DNA of 64,000 nucleotides from Callorhinchus milii (lineage: Eukaryota), in the NCBI RefSeq assembly GCF_018977255.1, contig NW_024704743.1, positions 3,722,001 through 3,786,000 of the forward strand. Direction: 5' to 3'. Of the stretch, positions 61,753 through 64,000 are shown piece after piece; positions within the stretch are counted from its first letter, which is position 1, and each line of letters begins with the position of its first letter. Made by a program: the position numbers and the translations under genes. Under the pieces are notes generated by a model. The model was not told the DNA's origin. It saw only the letters and a list, made by a program, of their open reading frames with translations, and ran no database searches.

Positions 61753-61885
61753 GCCAAAATACTGCAGATGCCGGAAATCTGAAATAAAAACAGAAGTCGC
61801 TGGGAATACTCAGCAGGTCAGGCAGCATCTACGGAGAAAGGAAAGTGAGTTAATGTTTCAGGTTGATGACCTTTCGTCAGAACTG
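61753..61885 (-). mobile_element. Penelope-like element terminal fragment
   Basis: caaaatactgcagatgccggaaatctgaaataaaaacaga...ctcagcaggtcaggcagcatct...; three related copies in the window; contains a hammerhead core. Confidence 0.75.
61847..61885 (-). ncRNA. Minimal type I hammerhead ribozyme motif (probably CpG-decayed)
   Basis: Minus strand CAGTT-CTGACGA-A-AGGTCATCAACCT-GAAACATT-AACTC: CUGANGA and GAAA core, stem I AGTT/AACT, stem II AGGT/ACCT. Confidence 0.65.
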
Positions 61886-61894
61886 AATCAAAGG

Positions 61895-62260
61895 TTGGTG
61901 GGTTGAATCTCTACGTTAGGAATATGAGCTCAGTTCTAGACTGGAACCCCAGTGCTGGGGTGGGGGGGGCTGCGTTATTAGAGGTACTGTCCTTCAAATC
62001 TGACGTTAAGTTAGATGTTCAAGACTCATGGCACTCTTTGAATAGAGAAGAGAGTTTCTCCAGTGTCTTGGCAGACAATCGCCCAAATAAAATTGGTCAT
62101 TCACTCCATAGCTGTTTGTGGGCTATTGCTGTGTGCAAATCGGCTGCCTCGTTTAACCTCAAAAATACCCAGTCACTACACTTAAGAGTAAATCCTGCAA
62201 CACGTTTAAGACAACTCAACAATGTGATTAGGGGCAATATCAAACACAAGGATTATTATC
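61895..62260 (+). mobile_element. DeuSINE-like SINE, decayed
   Basis: catggcactctttgaatagagaagagagtttctccagtgtcttggc...gctgtttgtgggctattgctgtgtgcaaatcggctgcc. Confidence 0.75.
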
Positions 62261-62562
62261 ATATATATGTATGATATATATATACGATAATAAATAATAA
62301 TATATATGATAATACCGACAGGCTATAAAAAGGACAAGCTTGATTCGAACGAACCACTTTTACTTAGCTAAGCTTTTTTTTAATGCTACACTTTCAACCT
62401 TGGTGGTGCTCTGCTCCATGAGCTTTAGTTCTTCCATCAGGGTTCTGAACATAAAATCGCAGCCTGTAATGTATCAGGATCAGATACATTAACTTGATTA
62501 AATCAGTCATGGTTCAACATTCTGAACTCCTTATACCACCAGCATGAGTTACAATACCATGC

Positions 62563-63120
62563 AGATTTACATTTATATAGCGCCTTTCATGTTGTCCCAA
62601 GGCACTGTAGCTAGTGGTGGCCAAGGGAAGGTGAAGAGGGGATGAAGATGCCCAAAGCGGAAGGTCTTGAGGTGATATTGAAGGAGGCGAGGGAATGGGC
62701 TAGTCAAAATGGAGTCCAGGATGACGTTCCAGAGAACGGGGGCAGATACCGTGATAGACTGATGGTGGGGCAGGTGGGATGGGGGGGATGAGAAGCAGGC
62801 CGTGGCCTGCTGAGCGGAGAGAGCGACTGGGTTGAAAGGCTTTGAGGTCTCAGAGGTGGGGAGGGGCAAGACTATGGAGGGATTTAAAGCTCACGAAGAG
62901 GATCTTGAACATGGAGCCAAGTGCAGGAAAGGCCCTAAGCTGCAGGCTTGTGGATAGCCTGCATCTTGTGAAGGGAAAAGAGAGGTAGTCTGGTGAGCAG
63001 AGAGTTGGGTAATCTAGCCTGGATGTGATGAATAAAGGCTCCGTGGTGAGGTTGCAGTGGAGCCAGGCAATGAAAGAGAGATGGGATGGGTTGGGGGAAC
63101 GGGGAGGAAAGCTGAAACGG
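62563..63120 (-). mobile_element. L2 LINE 3' fragment
   Basis: atttacatttatatagcgcctttca tail; reverse strand APVLWN...LKTF and AFIHHIQARL/LDY-like remnants. Confidence 0.7.
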
Positions 63121-63314
63121 ATGCGAGCTTTCCCATTGGATCCAATTTTATCATTCTTGACAAACTTAAGGCACCGTCCAGTTTAATTTGTGAACGTATG
63201 ATAAACCCTGCACCATGAAATGAATGTTTAATGTAACGTAAAACAGTAGAAATGTAAACATTTCCGAGTGCCAATTCGAACAACTGGACAAAGAGTCATG
63301 ACTTGTTTGATTAG

Positions 63315-63695
63315 GCGTCAACCAGGCCCAGTTGGCAGTACTTTATCCTCTAAATCATAAGGTTGTAAGGCTCAAGCTCCTCATCGGGATGTGGAATTCA
63401 CACAGTCTAAGATGACACTCCAATGCAGTGCTGGGGGAAGCCACTGCATTGGTTGGAGGTGCCTTCCTTCGGTCGAGACATCAAACCAAGGCCCTATCTG
63501 CCTGTTCGGGTGGGGGGAATGGGGGTGGTTAAAGATGCTGTAGAATTATTGGTGAAGAGAAAGGCTAATGTGAGACATTGCTGTGTGCAATTTGGCTGCT
63601 GAATCGGCCCACAAAATACACAGTCACTACAACTTACAGTAAATCCTTTCAAGCGCTTTTGAGGTGAAAGGTGCAATACCAAATGCAAGGATTCT
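63315..63695 (+). mobile_element. DeuSINE-like SINE
   Basis: Head ggcccagttggcagtac, central ggaggtgccttccttcggtcgagacatcaaaccaaggccctatctgcctgttc, tail aaatgcaaggatt. Confidence 0.8.
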
Positions 63696-64000
63696 TCCTG
63701 TTGTTATTACTGATAGTGACATTCAAGTAAATAACCAGAATCGCCATGAATTACACTTGCCGAGAGGGTCTGGCTCTTTGAACAACTTCCCTCCAGGGTA
63801 AAGACTATAGAAATATCATTAGCAGAAATCGGGTTGAATAATTGGATGACATTGCCTTGAAGGACGAGTACCTTTGCAAGGCTGGCTTTACTGGGTGATC
63901 TGTTTAGCTATAAATCAGAACAGAAAAGAGATGCGAATTGGCCTTTCGGGGGAACCATTGTCCCAAATACATTACAGAGAGAATAACTTTTCGATAATGA

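Noticed and set aside
63842..63900. CKAGFTG EGF-like peptide
   Set aside because: Stop immediately upstream, no acceptor, other cysteines missing.
1..64000. V(D)J recombination signal sequences or immune gene segments
   Set aside because: Several CACAGTG heptamers occur, but I saw none with a correctly spaced nonamer or an adjacent V/J-like frame.

Overview
Repeat-dense, apparently non-coding vertebrate DNA (large intron or intergenic). I inferred a cartilaginous fish, probably a chimaera (Callorhinchus-like), from the repeat families. I found no credible host protein-coding gene: the longer ORFs are retroelement remnants or chance frames. The window is dominated by (i) an old DeuSINE/SacSINE1-like tRNA-derived SINE, (ii) a younger SINE with a tRNA head (Ala-type anticodon) that shares the DeuSINE/L2 3' tail and has near-identical copies, (iii) a third ~480-bp SINE-like family I cannot assign, (iv) 3' fragments of L2 and CR1 LINEs, and (v) short Penelope-like terminal fragments carrying decayed minimal hammerhead ribozyme motifs. 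Also notable: a CpG-rich patch at ~22.1-23.0 kb whose embedded SINE shows AT->GC-biased divergence, a fold-back made of two L2 tails, an internally deleted CR1 with a 24-bp 5' tandem array, a candidate recursive splice site on the minus strand, and several short perfect hairpins and palindromes. Repeat boundaries were judged by eye and are approximate. Family names come from recalled consensus sequences and need Repbase/Dfam confirmation.
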